A stretch of 64,000 bases of DNA from the human T2T-CHM13v2.0 reference genome, Homo sapiens. A program made the translations under genes and the position numbers. The stretch is from assembly GCF_009914755.1 (NCBI RefSeq), contig NC_060925.1, one strand, 5' to 3'. Numbering within the stretch: the stretch's first letter is position 1; every line of letters starts with the position of its first letter. Below are positions 36,078 to 52,435 of the stretch, one piece after another. Below the pieces are notes generated by a model, which was given only the letters and a program-made list of their open reading frames with translations, ran no database searches and was not told where the DNA came from.

Positions 36078-36205
36078 ATCCAAAGTCTGGTCCTTGGACC
36101 ATTAGCTGAGACTTCGTTTGAAATGCAGAATCTGGGCCCCATCCCAGACCTACAGAATCAGAATCCAAATTTTAACAAGATATCAGTGACTTATTTGCAC
36201 ATTAA
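36078..36205. mobile_element. MER5-family fragment
   Basis: gaaatgcagaatctgggccccatcccagacctacagaatcagaatc...ttttaacaagat. Confidence 0.75.
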
Positions 36206-36301
36206 TCTTTCCCCGGTGGAACTGTGAGCCTTTCTAGGGCTCTCTTTTATTTCTGTCCCCAGAGCCCAACATAAGACTTGACACTTAAATGCTTTTTAAG
36301 T

Positions 36302-36307
36302 TTTATT
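36302..36307 (-). terminator. Poly(A) signal AATAAA for AIRIM
   Basis: TTTATT on plus at 36302-36307; ATTAAA variant at 36333-36338 and a second AATAAA at 36246-36251. Confidence 0.7.
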
Positions 36308-37277
36308 TGCAATACTTATATGATAGATGTTTTTTAATTCCTGGAAAAATAAATACACATTATTAATAATAGTTATCTGGTAGATGGATAACGGTACATT
36401 TCTATGTAACATTTTCATTTTTTGTAATCAGAATGTATTACCTTTACAGATAGGCAAACACAAAGATTTGGGAAAATGCATGTAAAATCTAAGAAAAAAG
36501 GTAAATTGTAGATATAATACATTCACAAAAAGAATATAACTGTGTTGAGCTATATTTACAGATATAAAAAGATGAACAAATTACATTAGGTTTTTTAAAA
36601 AAAGACAACCTAACAGTATGTATCGATGATAGCACGTTTGTTCTTTAAAAAAATTTGTGAATTGGTCAGGAGCAGTGGCTCATGCCTGTATTTCCAATAT
36701 TTTGGGAGGCTATGGTGGGAGGATCCCTTGAGCTCAGGAGTGAGCTGGGCAATATAGTGAGACCCTATCTATATTAAAAGAAAAAATTTGTAAATAGACA
36801 CTGAAAAGGTATCTATCAAAATATCTCTAATGAAGTTTGTTTTACAATTTTCTACATTTTACATTTTTTCTAGTTTTCCTATGATCTTTATAAAAGCTTA
36901 TCACTTATAAGAAAAAAAGTTATTTTCATTTTTGAAAAATATCTATACCCTTTACTAAGTCCCTTTACATTCAATGACCAAGATTCCCACAACACTCTGG
37001 GAAGCTGAAAGATCTGAAAGTAACACGGCCATTACATAGATGAAGGCAGCAGACCTTGGAAATGTAACCCCGATGGACTGACTCTGGGCTGGCATTCTCC
37101 CACCCCTGCGGCTACTCCAGACTCAGAGGAATGTGGCAAGTCAGATGCCAGCTTTGGCCAAAAAAACTCCGATCATTTTAGGAGTCTCACCATGCCCAGT
37201 TACTTCCTCTGAGATGGTAACAGCAATAGGGGAACACTTCAAAGACAAAGCATTCAGAATGATTCATGCTGCACCAC

Positions 37278-37291
37278 CTCCCCCTGGTGGC
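37278..37291 (-). promoter_or_regulatory. CTCF core motif candidate
   Basis: Minus strand GCCACCAGGGGGAG, close to consensus CCACCAGGGGGCG. Confidence 0.55.
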
Positions 37292-37842
37292 AGGTTCTGG
37301 AAATTGGCTTGAGGATAACTATTGCAATTGGTCAAAATTTTTAAAATATATTTTCTGTCAAAATCACCCTTATTTCTTTAAATCATCAAAACCACTTTTT
37401 CTTTTGTCAAGGATTCAGGTATTGACAAAAGACACAAAACCAGGACCTGGTGTCAACCAGACAATGCTTTGGATGATGCCAAGGGCAGTGTGGCTCTTTG
37501 CCTCTTGTCCTTGCTTCCCCACCTCTTTAGGTCCACAATAGAGGAAAGACACTATGTTCTTCAGCACCGTCTTTCCTGTTGTCTCTCTAGCTCCATCCAC
37601 TTCCCTGAGCCTCAGAAAAGGGCAAGGCATGGCTCACATACTCTCAGCCACGGCCTGGCATGCTGCAGCTCCAAAATCAGACATCTAGGCGCTAATCCTC
37701 CCCAAGACCCAGTCCTAAGGTTCAAGGCACTGATGTTTCAAATATGTCAGACTGAAATACTGACGTTTCTTTAGAAACATCAGGGTTCAGAATGTCAGTC
37801 TTCAACTGTGGTGCCCGTGGTCTCCAGATACGCATAGCTTCC

Positions 37843-37880
37843 TTACTCTTCCAGGAAGAAGGAAACATTCAATAGGATAT
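37843..37880 (-). CDS. AIRIM: AIRIM/C1orf109 last coding exon
   Basis: Acceptor cctatttcag|; (D)ILLNVSFFLEE then TAA at 37845-37843. Confidence 0.95.
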
Positions 37881-38038
37881 CTGAAATAGGAAGACAGAAA
37901 AAATGGCATTATCACCTCTCCCGAGAACATAAAACACACAGAGGCACAGCAAGGGCACCTTCCTAATGCTTCCAAAGAGGCGAGCCACAGGGAGAGAAAG
38001 GAGGAGAGGAGACACAAAGGAAGAACACAAACCAGTAC

Positions 38039-38157
38039 CTTGTACAAGATCTTGGTGTTCGTCTTTTGAAATTCGGTCCCAGGCCTTGGGCAAAGCTTGT
38101 ATGTTTGCCAAGTCTCCCCACTGAATAGACGAAAGAAGATACTTTCTCTTCAGGTAC
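38039..38157 (-). CDS. AIRIM: AIRIM/C1orf109 third coding exon
   Basis: Acceptor TCCTTAACttccagaaag|; (S)YLKRKYLLSSIQWGDLANIQALPKAWDRISKDEHQDLVQ; donor G|GTACTG. Confidence 0.95.
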
Positions 38158-39072
38158 CTTTCTGGAAGTTAAGGACTGCTCAAAAGAAAATGCAGTATGC
38201 TGAAGTGAAAAAAAACACCCTGGTGAGAACCAGAGGGAGCTATAAAAGTGAAAGTGCAGATATCCTTACATTTTACCAGGTGGGCCTGATTCACCTATGC
38301 TACAAATATTTCCTGAGCAACTGTTTACTAACATGGCTTTGTGCTACAGGGAAAGAGGAATGAAACCATCCCTGAAATCTGGGATCTCAGCATGGTGAGG
38401 ACAAAATCAGATCCTGAAAAGAAAGAACAAAAGGGACATGAGAGGTAAAGCTAGCGGAGGTTCAGAGGATAAATACATCCAATTCAGAGGAAGCAGGGAC
38501 ACCCCAGCTGGTAGGAAACATGAACAAAGGCACAGAGGTGGAGATGCATAGAATGAATTCAGGGAAAGCAAATCTTCCAGTCTGCTCAGCATGGACGCCA
38601 CATGGAGAGCAGTCAGAAAGGCTGAAAGGTGGGCTGAGCCAGAACAGAAAGAACACCAAGTACCAACGCAGGGCTCTGAACTTTATCCCATTAGCAACAG
38701 GAGCTATTCCTATACAGTACAGAACAATTCTGATCCTAAGTATCAGGATCAGAACCAGACTTCCTGCAGATATAGAGGTCATTCATTGGAGTCAGCTTAG
38801 AAGGAAAGAAACTAGACAGAGAAAACTGTCAAGAGGCAATTAAGAGTCCAAGTGAGAGCTAAGAAGCCATGTAAGCAACAGAGGGGATGGGGACGGAGAG
38901 GGAAAATCAAAGAAGCACCAGGGAAACAGAAGGAAAGGACTTGACAAGTGACTGTGTAAACATTCTAGCACATAGCAAGTGCTTAGTAATGTCAGCCGCA
39001 GCTCTTGCTCCTTCTGCCCATGCTCCTGTTGCTGTTACTACTACTGCTACCAATGCATTTAAAAGGGAAAAT

Positions 39073-40408
<1,336 letters not shown>

Positions 40409-40469
40409 CCCAAATTCTTTCAAAGACCTTCAAGGCCCTAGAAAGTCGAGCCCCCTGTCTTTCTACCCT

Positions 40470-40840
40470 CACCTGCTGTTAGGCTCCTCCTCATGCTCCA
40501 GTCTAGCCTCCTTACTATTTCCTGAATAGACCAGGAATGTTCTTACCACAAGGCCTTTGCATTTGATGTTTCCTCTGCCTAGTAACTTTCTCTCCCCAAA
40601 TAGCCACATAGCTCTTTCCCTTACCCTCTTCAGATCTCTGCTCAAATATCACTTTCTCATGAAGCCTGCTCTGACCACCCTATTTTAAATCACAACTCCA
40701 CCCTCACTCCTCACTTTCCCTGCTTTATTTTTCTCCATAACACTTATCGCCATCCAGCATTCTACTTGCCTTTTTCAATGCCTGTCTCTTTGCACCAAGA
40801 ACAGTGCCTGACAGGTAGTAGCTACTCGATAAATTATTAG
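40470..40840. mobile_element. L2 remnant
   Basis: ggcctttgcatttgatgtttcctctgcctag...tctctgctcaaatatcac...ctgaccaccctatttt...acagtgcctgaca. Confidence 0.8.
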
Positions 40841-40993
40841 AGGAAGGATTATACAAAGGAATGCAGGAAGAATCCAAGTTCAGGAACCAAAGAGAACTGA
40901 CTCAAACTACTTAGTTTTCCAATCTTGTGAAAACTGAAATTTGAAAGACTTAGAACAGCTCTGGCTGTGACCTGAAATGTGTGCAAAGGATAC

Positions 40994-41173
40994 GACTTTC
41001 GATAATGTCTCTCAATATCCTGCAACCATTCCAACATGTCAGCCACAGAGGGGCTCACTGCTGAAGGCTGCAGGACAGCATCAATGCCAACTGTGTCTGC
41101 GTGTTGCTCATAGATCTGAAACACTCGCTCCACATGGCTGCTGACCATGTCTCGCACCTTGAGGAGGATGGCT
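40994..41173 (-). CDS. AIRIM: AIRIM/C1orf109 second coding exon
   Basis: Acceptor ctttcttgcag|; (L)AILLKVRDMVSSHVERVFQIYEQHADTVGIDAVLQPSAVSPSVADMLEWLQDIERHYRK; donor |GTATCCTTT (U12 type). Confidence 0.96.
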
Positions 41174-41225
41174 CTGCAAGAAAGAGTCTGACATTAGGCA
41201 ATATCATGAGACATGTATAAAGGAA

Positions 41226-41450
41226 GGTTTCTCAATTTTGGCACTACTGATATTTTGGACTACATGATTCTCTGTTGTGAAGGGCTGCCCTGTACATTGT
41301 AGGACGTGTAGGAGCATGCCTGGCCCCTACCCACTAAATGACAGGTGTAAACTATACCTATACCCTCCATAAGCCATAACAACCAATAATGCCTCTAGAT
41401 GATGCCAAATGTCCCCTCATAGAAAAACCATCTCCAATTGAGACCACTGG
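41226..41450. mobile_element. MER20 hAT MITE
   Basis: gtttctcaattttggcactactgatattttggac...ctgtacattgtagga...tgccaaatgtcccct...ttgagaccactg. Confidence 0.85.
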
Positions 41451-41507
41451 TCTAAGGAGATTAGTGACAGTGTCTTGGAGGTACGGGTGGCTCAAGAATC
41501 AAGAAAG

Positions 41508-43710
<2,203 letters not shown>

Positions 43711-44331
43711 TCTGTAACGCAGGCACTGGGTCTGACAACAAGCATATCAGAACTTGGAGACGTGCTACTCCTGGGCACAGAGACACCAATCTACAGCAGA
43801 ACAAAGTGGTGATTAAGAGCTCTAGCCTTTGTGTCAGGCACACTTGAGTTAGAATCCCAGCTCTACCCTTTTCTAGCTGCGTCACCATGGGCAATCTGCT
43901 TAAGCCTCAGTTTCCTACCTGCATGGAATTAAGTGCAGTTAAGTCACAGATATGTTGAAGAGACTTTATAACGTAATATACATAAACCCCTTAGCTCTAG
44001 CACCTACTAAGTTTACACAGCTCCTCACTGCCTTTTACCAAAGAAAACTATAGGGCAGAGCTAATAGGCTTTCTCCGCTCCTTTTCTCTTCTTCTTTTGT
44101 GACTTCTACTAAGCCCACCACTGCCATGCCTAGTCTCTGACAAAGAAAATGCCAGAAAATGGCTTTCTGACCGAGGTCCCACTGCCCCAGATGGTAAGTA
44201 AGGAAGGTTGAGATACCTCCACATGCCACGCTTTCAAGGAGAAAAACACCTTCTGGACTGACACTAGCTACATATAAAACACCTCGTTTTAAAATCCTTC
44301 CACCAAGAAACAGCACTACGGAGCTGCTTAC

Positions 44332-45011
<680 letters not shown>

Positions 45012-45060
45012 TGCCTCAGCTTTCTGAAGGAGACCCTGGTTTCCCCTCGGGAAGGGTAAC

Positions 45061-45250
45061 CTGGATAGGGCAGTCTCCTGCTTCAGAGGATTCCTGGCGT
45101 CCAAGCGCCGTCTCTTCTCTGACATACAGTCCTGTCTCCCCTGCCCGAGGCTGCCGGTCGCCTTCCTGAAAAAGCGGAAAAACTTAAAAGTCCAGACAGC
45201 CAAAGCGTGAGAACCCTCCAGGGACTGCACCACGCGCCCACAGTGTCTCT
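45061..45250 (-). other. AIRIM: Probable non-coding 5' exon of AIRIM (proximal promoter)
   Basis: CpG-rich; donor candidate CAG|GTTACC at 45061/45060; internal acceptor tttttccgctttttcag| at 45166/45165; TSS position is inferred. Confidence 0.6.
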
Positions 45251-45535
45251 GCGCATGCTCACACGCGACCTCCCCACAAAGCTACTCCGCGGGCCTGCCT
45301 GGCTACTGAGTCGCGAAAATATATCGTAGTGCCGCAATGACTTCTGGGTACTGTAGTCCAACATGTGGACTGGCCACTCGGCTTGAAGCTTCCTTGGGAT
45401 TGGATGTTGGGACCGTCCAAACACGGCGACTTCTCATTTGTCAGCCTGCGGCAGTTTAAATTGGGTGGCGGTGGTGGCATGCCCTGTTAGCTGTGGAGTC
45501 TTTTCCTCTTATCTTGCGCCTCCGGTTGTGCCTTA
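45240..45535. promoter_or_regulatory. Proximal AIRIM promoter (NRF1-like, ZNF143/SBS, CCAAT, CHR variant)
   Basis: TGCGCATGCTCA 45250-45261; minus-strand GACTACAGTACCCAGAAG 45358-45341; ATTGG 45399 and 45460; TTTAAA 45455-45460. Confidence 0.7.
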
Positions 45536-46978
45536 ATGACACTTTTGACATTGTGTATCACAACCAACTGGCAAAAACTAGTAAATCACGGGCTCCTGAC
45601 GTGGCAGCTCTGGCTAAAATGCAGGTGGACGTCCTAGGTGCCCAGGGAGTTCGGGCTCATTGGGGAGTAGGGTGAAGGAAACCCTGAAACCGAGAGGCTG
45701 GAAGCCCGACTTGCGCAGCATAAAAACACCTGCAGGGGGAAAGCCTACATGAGGTACGGGTTGTCATCCCGTCTCATCTTGGCCATCTGACTGATGGAGA
45801 TCCTCAGGCACCCAGCAGACTGGGGTGTCACCCCCACTACCCACTGCCCAGGGCTGACCTCGGGCGGAAGAGCGACATTCAAATATTTGTTGCATATGGA
45901 GCAACAGACCAGGGTGGAAGAGAGAGAAAGGACTTTCCAGGAAGGTCCAGGCTTGCCAGGACTTCTATGCTTGGACTGCTCTGTCCCCAAGCTCGCTGGT
46001 GCCCATCAGGAGCCTGCTTGGCACCTTTGCTTATTTCTTCGATTGTTCCTCAACTCAGAGGGGGAGAGGCAAGATTATCACTCCCATAGCCTATAACATG
46101 CACGCTTAAACACAACCCCTCTGACATGGCTTCAGACCGCATCCACAGGTGAAAAGCACCAAATCCAAACAATCAGGCCACAAACCCGTCAAGAGCTCGC
46201 CGGTCTGGCCGTCCAGTCGCCGCCCGCCTTGAGACTCAGCCTGAGCTACAGCTTCGAAACTAGCCTCTAGCCTTCTGGGTCTCAGCACAACTCTTGAGCA
46301 ATCCAACCCTGTGGCCGTGGGCAGATACCAAGATGCACAGTTAGCACCTCCGACAGGACCGCGGCTCGGCGGGGCTCGCCGTCTACACGCCCATTCCCAG
46401 GCCCACGGCCACGACACCCAGAGCTGCCTCCTGCCCTGGGCTCCCTGGAGCCTGGTGGCCGCGGCTCATGCTGCAGTCACCGTGTGGCCAGCTGCCAAGC
46501 GCCACTACTTGCACCTGAAGTCGCAGCCCCGCGCTGCGCACCCAGTCGAGGCGCCAACACGCGAACTGGGCGGGAGTGGCCGGCCCGCGGGGGAGCGAGG
46601 AACGACAGGGTTCCCCCCACTCGCTGCCCAGACTGGCCGCGGGATAGCGCGCCCCCCCCAAAGCCTGCACCCCTGCCCCGCTCCTCTATCATTCCGTCCC
46701 CCTTGCTCCGTCAAACCCTGCCGGGGCTGCTCTGTCTCTGCCGACCCGCCACTTGCCCGAAGTTCGGCCTGGGGAGCTTGGGGCCCTGAGGAGCGCCGAC
46801 GTAGGCAGCCAGCCAGTCAATCAGTCAGAGGGTCACGGCGGCCCCTCGGCTACTCAGTGGCAGCCAGGCCAGAAAGAAGCAGCCGCCAACCCTGGAGCAG
46901 AATCCTACAGCCGACCTGACCTAGTAGGCCCCCAGCCCTCCAGAGCTTGGGGTATTGCAGAGCCGCCACAAGGCCTGC

Positions 46979-47077
46979 CGGGAGTAGTAGTTTGTATAGT
47001 TTGCAGCCGGCCAGGGCGGAGCCGGGTGGGTTGGTGGGGAGGGCGGGGAAACAAGCCTGGACCACAACTCCCAGGAG
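46979..47077. promoter_or_regulatory. Pair of divergent ZNF143/SBS-like motifs
   Basis: Minus AAACTACTACTCCCG (46993-46979) and plus ACCACAACTCCCAGGAG (47061-47077) resemble ACTACAnnTCCCA. Confidence 0.65.
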
Positions 47078-47127
47078 TACCCGCGACGGCGGCGGCCTCG
47101 CTGTCGCACTCAGGCTATAGGGGGCGC

Positions 47128-47229
47128 ATTGGGCGGAAGACCCTGGGCCGGCAGGAACTTGCTTGTGATTGGATGTTGTGGGACGGCGGCTTCTCATTCG
47201 TCAGCCTGTGACTGTGGAGTTTGAATTGG
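47128..47229 (+). promoter_or_regulatory. G2/M cell-cycle core promoter: three inverted CCAAT boxes and a CHR element
   Basis: ATTGG at 47128, 47168 and 47225; CHR TTTGAA at 47220-47225; CRE half-site CGTCA at 47199. Standard NF-Y plus DREAM/MMB-FOXM1 layout. Confidence 0.8.
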
Positions 47230-47246
47230 GTGGCGGTTGACTGTAG

Positions 47247-47597
<351 letters not shown>

Positions 47598-47631
47598 TGA
47601 CCCGTGTCCTGTCGGCTCTGCCCTCCCGCAG

Positions 47632-47760
47632 TGGAAATACGAATCAAGCAAATTGAGTCAGACAGGCAGAACCTCCTCAAGGAGGTGGATAACCTCTACA
47701 ACATCGAGATCCTGCGGCTCCCCAAGGCTCTGCGCGAGATGAACTGGCTTGACTACTTCG
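47632..47760 (+). CDS. CDCA8: CDCA8 coding exon 2
   Basis: Acceptor ccctcccgcag|; (V)[42 protein letters not shown]; donor G|GTAAGA; N-terminal survivin/INCENP-binding helix. Confidence 0.98.
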
Positions 47761-47984
47761 GTAAGAGCTGGAGAGCTTCCCTGGGCGGAGGCCAGGAGCC
47801 CCTTGGGGTTAGGTGACACCCTTCAGAAAGGGCTCGCTCAGATGTCACCTTTTAATGAGATCTGACATGACCACTTATGGAAAATTGCAGACCCTTTCAC
47901 TCTCTGTCTCACTTCCCTACTTCATTTTTCTCTATGAAAAATGGGGGGGTGGTTGGGGGGCGGCGGGCGGGGCGGTCTCTGTCG

Positions 47985-48876
<892 letters not shown>

Positions 48877-49796
48877 GACACATCAGTTTTCCTGGCCAGA
48901 GAAAAATCCCAGCCTGTTTCTGCACTCCCTTATTAAATGTCCGGAGAAATGCAGGAGGCTGTACTTTTCTGCTGGGTTGCCCTTTTCTGTTTTCCTTATT
49001 ATTAACTATCCAGCATGTAGTCTCCTTCCTGGATAGAAATGCATGGTCTGCTCACATATTAGACATTGAATGATCCTTTTGACTTGCCCTTTTATTTATT
49101 AAGCCATTCATTTGCTTATTTCTCCAAATACTGAGCATGTGTCAGTCACAGTGCTAGGTGCTAAAGATGCACTAGGGAATAAAACAGACATTGTCTCTGC
49201 CTTCAGGAACATACAGATTAGTAGAAAAGAGCTATTAGAAAAATCCACATACAATTATGTAATTAAAAGTATAGGTACTACAAAGGAGATAGAATAGAGT
49301 AGTGGTCAGTGAGCATATTGTGCTTTCTATGCCAGATGGGCATTGTACCAAGTGTTTTACATACATTAACTAATTTTTCTTCATAACTAATAATATCCCT
49401 ATTTTTCAAAATGACAAGATTAAGGCACAGAGAAATTGGACACTTTGCTCAAGGCCTCATAAGCTAGTTAGTGGGATAGTCTGTTTGAACCCAGGTATTC
49501 TGGTTTCATAGCCTGAGATCTTAACTGTTTTACAAGATACTATGAGAGTTTCTAGCAGGAGGTTCTAACCTAACTTTTTATTCTACATGTAAATCTCACA
49601 AAGACCTTTTCATTCAACACGTTTACTGTACATCTATTGACTGCTAGATTTTTGCCAGAAGCAAAGGATGTCATCTCTGGAATTCAGTCCAAGGCAGGGA
49701 TGGACATTTAAACAGCTTTGAGTAGTTATTGGGTATAATGAGGGTGAGCAACTAACTCTACACTTTGCAGCAAACTGCTGAGATAGAAAAATAAGC

Positions 49797-50320
49797 AGGC
49801 TGGGCACAGTGGCTCACCTGGAATTCCAGCACTTTGGGAGGCCAAGGCAGGTGGATTACTTGAGCCCAGGAATTTGAGACCAGCCTGGGCAACATAACAA
49901 GACCATATCTTTAAGCTTTAAAAAAAATAATTAAAAATAAATTTTTAAAAAAGAAAAATAAGCAGAGGGCAGGGCATAGGGTGGGGATTCATGCCTATAA
50001 TCCTAGCACTTTGGGAGGCCAAGGCAGGAGTATCACTTGACCCCAGGAGTTCAAAACCAGCCTGGGCAACATAGCAGGAGACCACATCTCTATTTAAAAA
50101 AAAAAAAAAAAAAAAAAAAAGACAACCTGGACAACTTGGCGAAACCCTATCTCTACAAAAAAACACAAAAATTAGCCGAATGTGGTGGCGCATGCCTGTA
50201 GTCCCAGCTACTTGGGAGGCCAAGGTGGGAGGATCAGTTGAGCCCAGGAGACAGCCAAGGAGGCGCCACTCCACTCCAGCTTGGGTGACAGAGCAAGACT
50301 CTGTCTCAAAAATAAATAAA
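49797..50320 (+). mobile_element. FLAM/AluJ cluster
   Basis: Several Alu monomers with A tails; gaaaaataagcag recurs at the junctions. Confidence 0.85.
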
Positions 50321-50637
50321 ATTTAAAATATATTTTTTAAAAAGAAAAATAAGCAGAATTTTTGGGGTGATGTTTGAGCTGAGTTTTGAAGGATGAGTTA
50401 GAAATTTGTTAAGTACGGAGGTGAATTTCAGGCAGAGGAAATACAAAGTACCATGGCAACAAGTCATGAGAGTCAGTGGCACATTTGGGATATAACTTGG
50501 AGAAAGAATAGATTAGATGGTGAAGGTCCTTGAAGGTTAGACCAAGGGCTGGACCAGTTTTAGAAAGATAAATGGTACTATTAGGCAAGATGATTTATTG
50601 TTAAAATGTAATAGTAACTACAACGTTCTTTTTAAAG

Positions 50638-50678
50638 CCCTTGGAGGAAACAAACAGGCCCTGGAAGAGGCGGCAACA
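50638..50678 (+). CDS. CDCA8: CDCA8 coding exon 3
   Basis: Acceptor ttctttttaaag|; (A)LGGNKQALEEAAT; donor |GTAAGT; 41 nt keeps frame. Confidence 0.96.
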
Positions 50679-51143
50679 GTAAGTGACCTTTCCTATTTTC
50701 CAGCCAGTGGTTACTTAAGTCTAGTCCAGTCCCCAGATCCAACTAATAGGTGCTTACTGTGGAAGAGGTTTCATAAAGGGACATCATCTGTTTGTGTCAA
50801 CTGAAAAATTAGAGTTGGACCAGACACTGTATACATGAGACCCAGATAGTTCTGAGCCCTACAGAAGGTGGCAGTTCTGTTTTTGACCAATTTCTTGCAG
50901 TCCTTTGTTCTGAACTCTACAGCGGAAGTAGAAAGCCTCAAGCCCAAGTTCCTTTAAGCGCCTGAGTCATTACACTATGCATTGGCCTGCTAGATGATAA
51001 AGGTGTTTCATCATGTCGTACTGTAGAAGCAGTGCTTTTGCTTGGGATGCTCAGTATTCCCCAACCCCTCTCATCTCCTTCCTCCCAGCATCAGTGCCAG
51101 GATTGAAGGCAGTAAGATGGGGATGCAAAATAGAGCATTTAAA

Positions 51144-51346
51144 GCTGCACTGTCCAGTGTAGTAGCCACTGGGCATATGTAGCTATTTCAGTTAATTACA
51201 ATTAATAAAATTAAAGAATTCATTTCCTCAGACATACTAGCCACATTTTACATGTTCAATACCTACATATGACTAGTAGCTACTCCATCAGAGAGCACAG
51301 AAATAGAACATTGCTACTCTTGCAGAAAGTTTTATGAGACAGCATT
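51144..51346. mobile_element. MER3 hAT MITE
   Basis: gcactgtccagtgtagtagccact...tactagccacattt...tagaacatt...gcagaaagtt. Confidence 0.82.
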
Positions 51347-51912
51347 GGGAACTAGTCCATACATGGGCTTCACAGAGTCCCTAGGCACTCTAAAATAATA
51401 TACAAACAATGCGTGTGTATGCACGCATTTGTGTATCTTTCTGTTAGTTTATTGTAGCCTTGATCAGATTTACAAAGTAAACCCCAAAATTACATCTTTT
51501 GTTGAGTTGATCAGAATCATTTGGAATATCAGGGTTTGAAGGAGTCTGACCACCAAGGGCACATAGCAGATCTCCGCCAGCTTCATTCAGAAGGTAAAGG
51601 TAATGAGGAGCCAATTATCAATTTGGAAAAAATTGGAGCATTTGGGAGAGAGGTGGGGATTATTCACCCCCCTACATACACTGAGCTCCAATGTTTTAAA
51701 AGAGTTACCTCTGAGATGAATTATGCTTACTAGCTAATGCAGTTCTCTCTTTTTAAATTAGAAATACAGAACTGCAAATGAGAACTTCTAATGTAATATG
51801 AGAGAGCCATTGTTAGCACACCAAGTTGAGAGAATTCTAGCCTTGACTAATATGATTTAAAACTCCAGAAAGGAACGATAGAAAATCTATAAAAGCTCTT
51901 AGTTGGGAAGTG

Positions 51913-52435
51913 TGTTGGGGCTCCCAAGACCACCTCCAGGTTTGGTGATTCACTAGGAGGATTCATGGGGCTCAGCATACAGTCACACCCATGGCGATGA
52001 TTTATTACAGTGAAAGTATACAAAGCATTAATCAACAAAGGAGAAAATTGCATAGGACAAAGTCCAGAGGAAACCAGGCTTCTAGGAGTCCACTCCCTGT
52101 AGAGTCAAACAGAACATGCTTAATTCAACACATATGAAATGCTGTCTACCAGAAAATCTGATTAGAGAGTCAATGCCCAGAGTTTTAACTGGGGGCTGCT
52201 CACATAGGCATCCTCTGCCTAGCACATGTCAAAATCCTAGACTTTCAGGAGGGAAGTAGGTGTTCAGCATGAGCCATATTGTTTGCATAAAGTTTAGGCA
52301 CAGTGAGGCATCTTGTTAAGGAAAGGTGGGAATCTTTCTGAAATCAAGTTCCCAGATGCCAACCGAGGCCAGGCTTGCAAACAGGCCTTTCTATATGTAT
52401 CAGTCTCAGGCCTGCTCTGTTAACTGTCCTGCACA
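51913..52435. mobile_element. ERVL-type solo LTR (MER21-like)
   Basis: TG...CA ends; tgttggggctcccaagaccacc...gattcactaggagga...ttattacagtgaaag...aagttcccagatgcca. Confidence 0.75.

Larger units (their letters stand above)
36285..37842 (-). other. AIRIM: AIRIM 3'UTR (approximate end)
   Basis: From the stop codon to the first minus-strand AATAAA noticed (36307-36302); contains a FLAM-like Alu monomer and AT-rich L1-like decay. Confidence 0.7.

Noticed and set aside
46311-46919. 202-aa ORF in the CpG island
   Set aside because: GTG start, stop-poor GC-rich sequence, overlapping ORFs in several frames, no recognisable domain.
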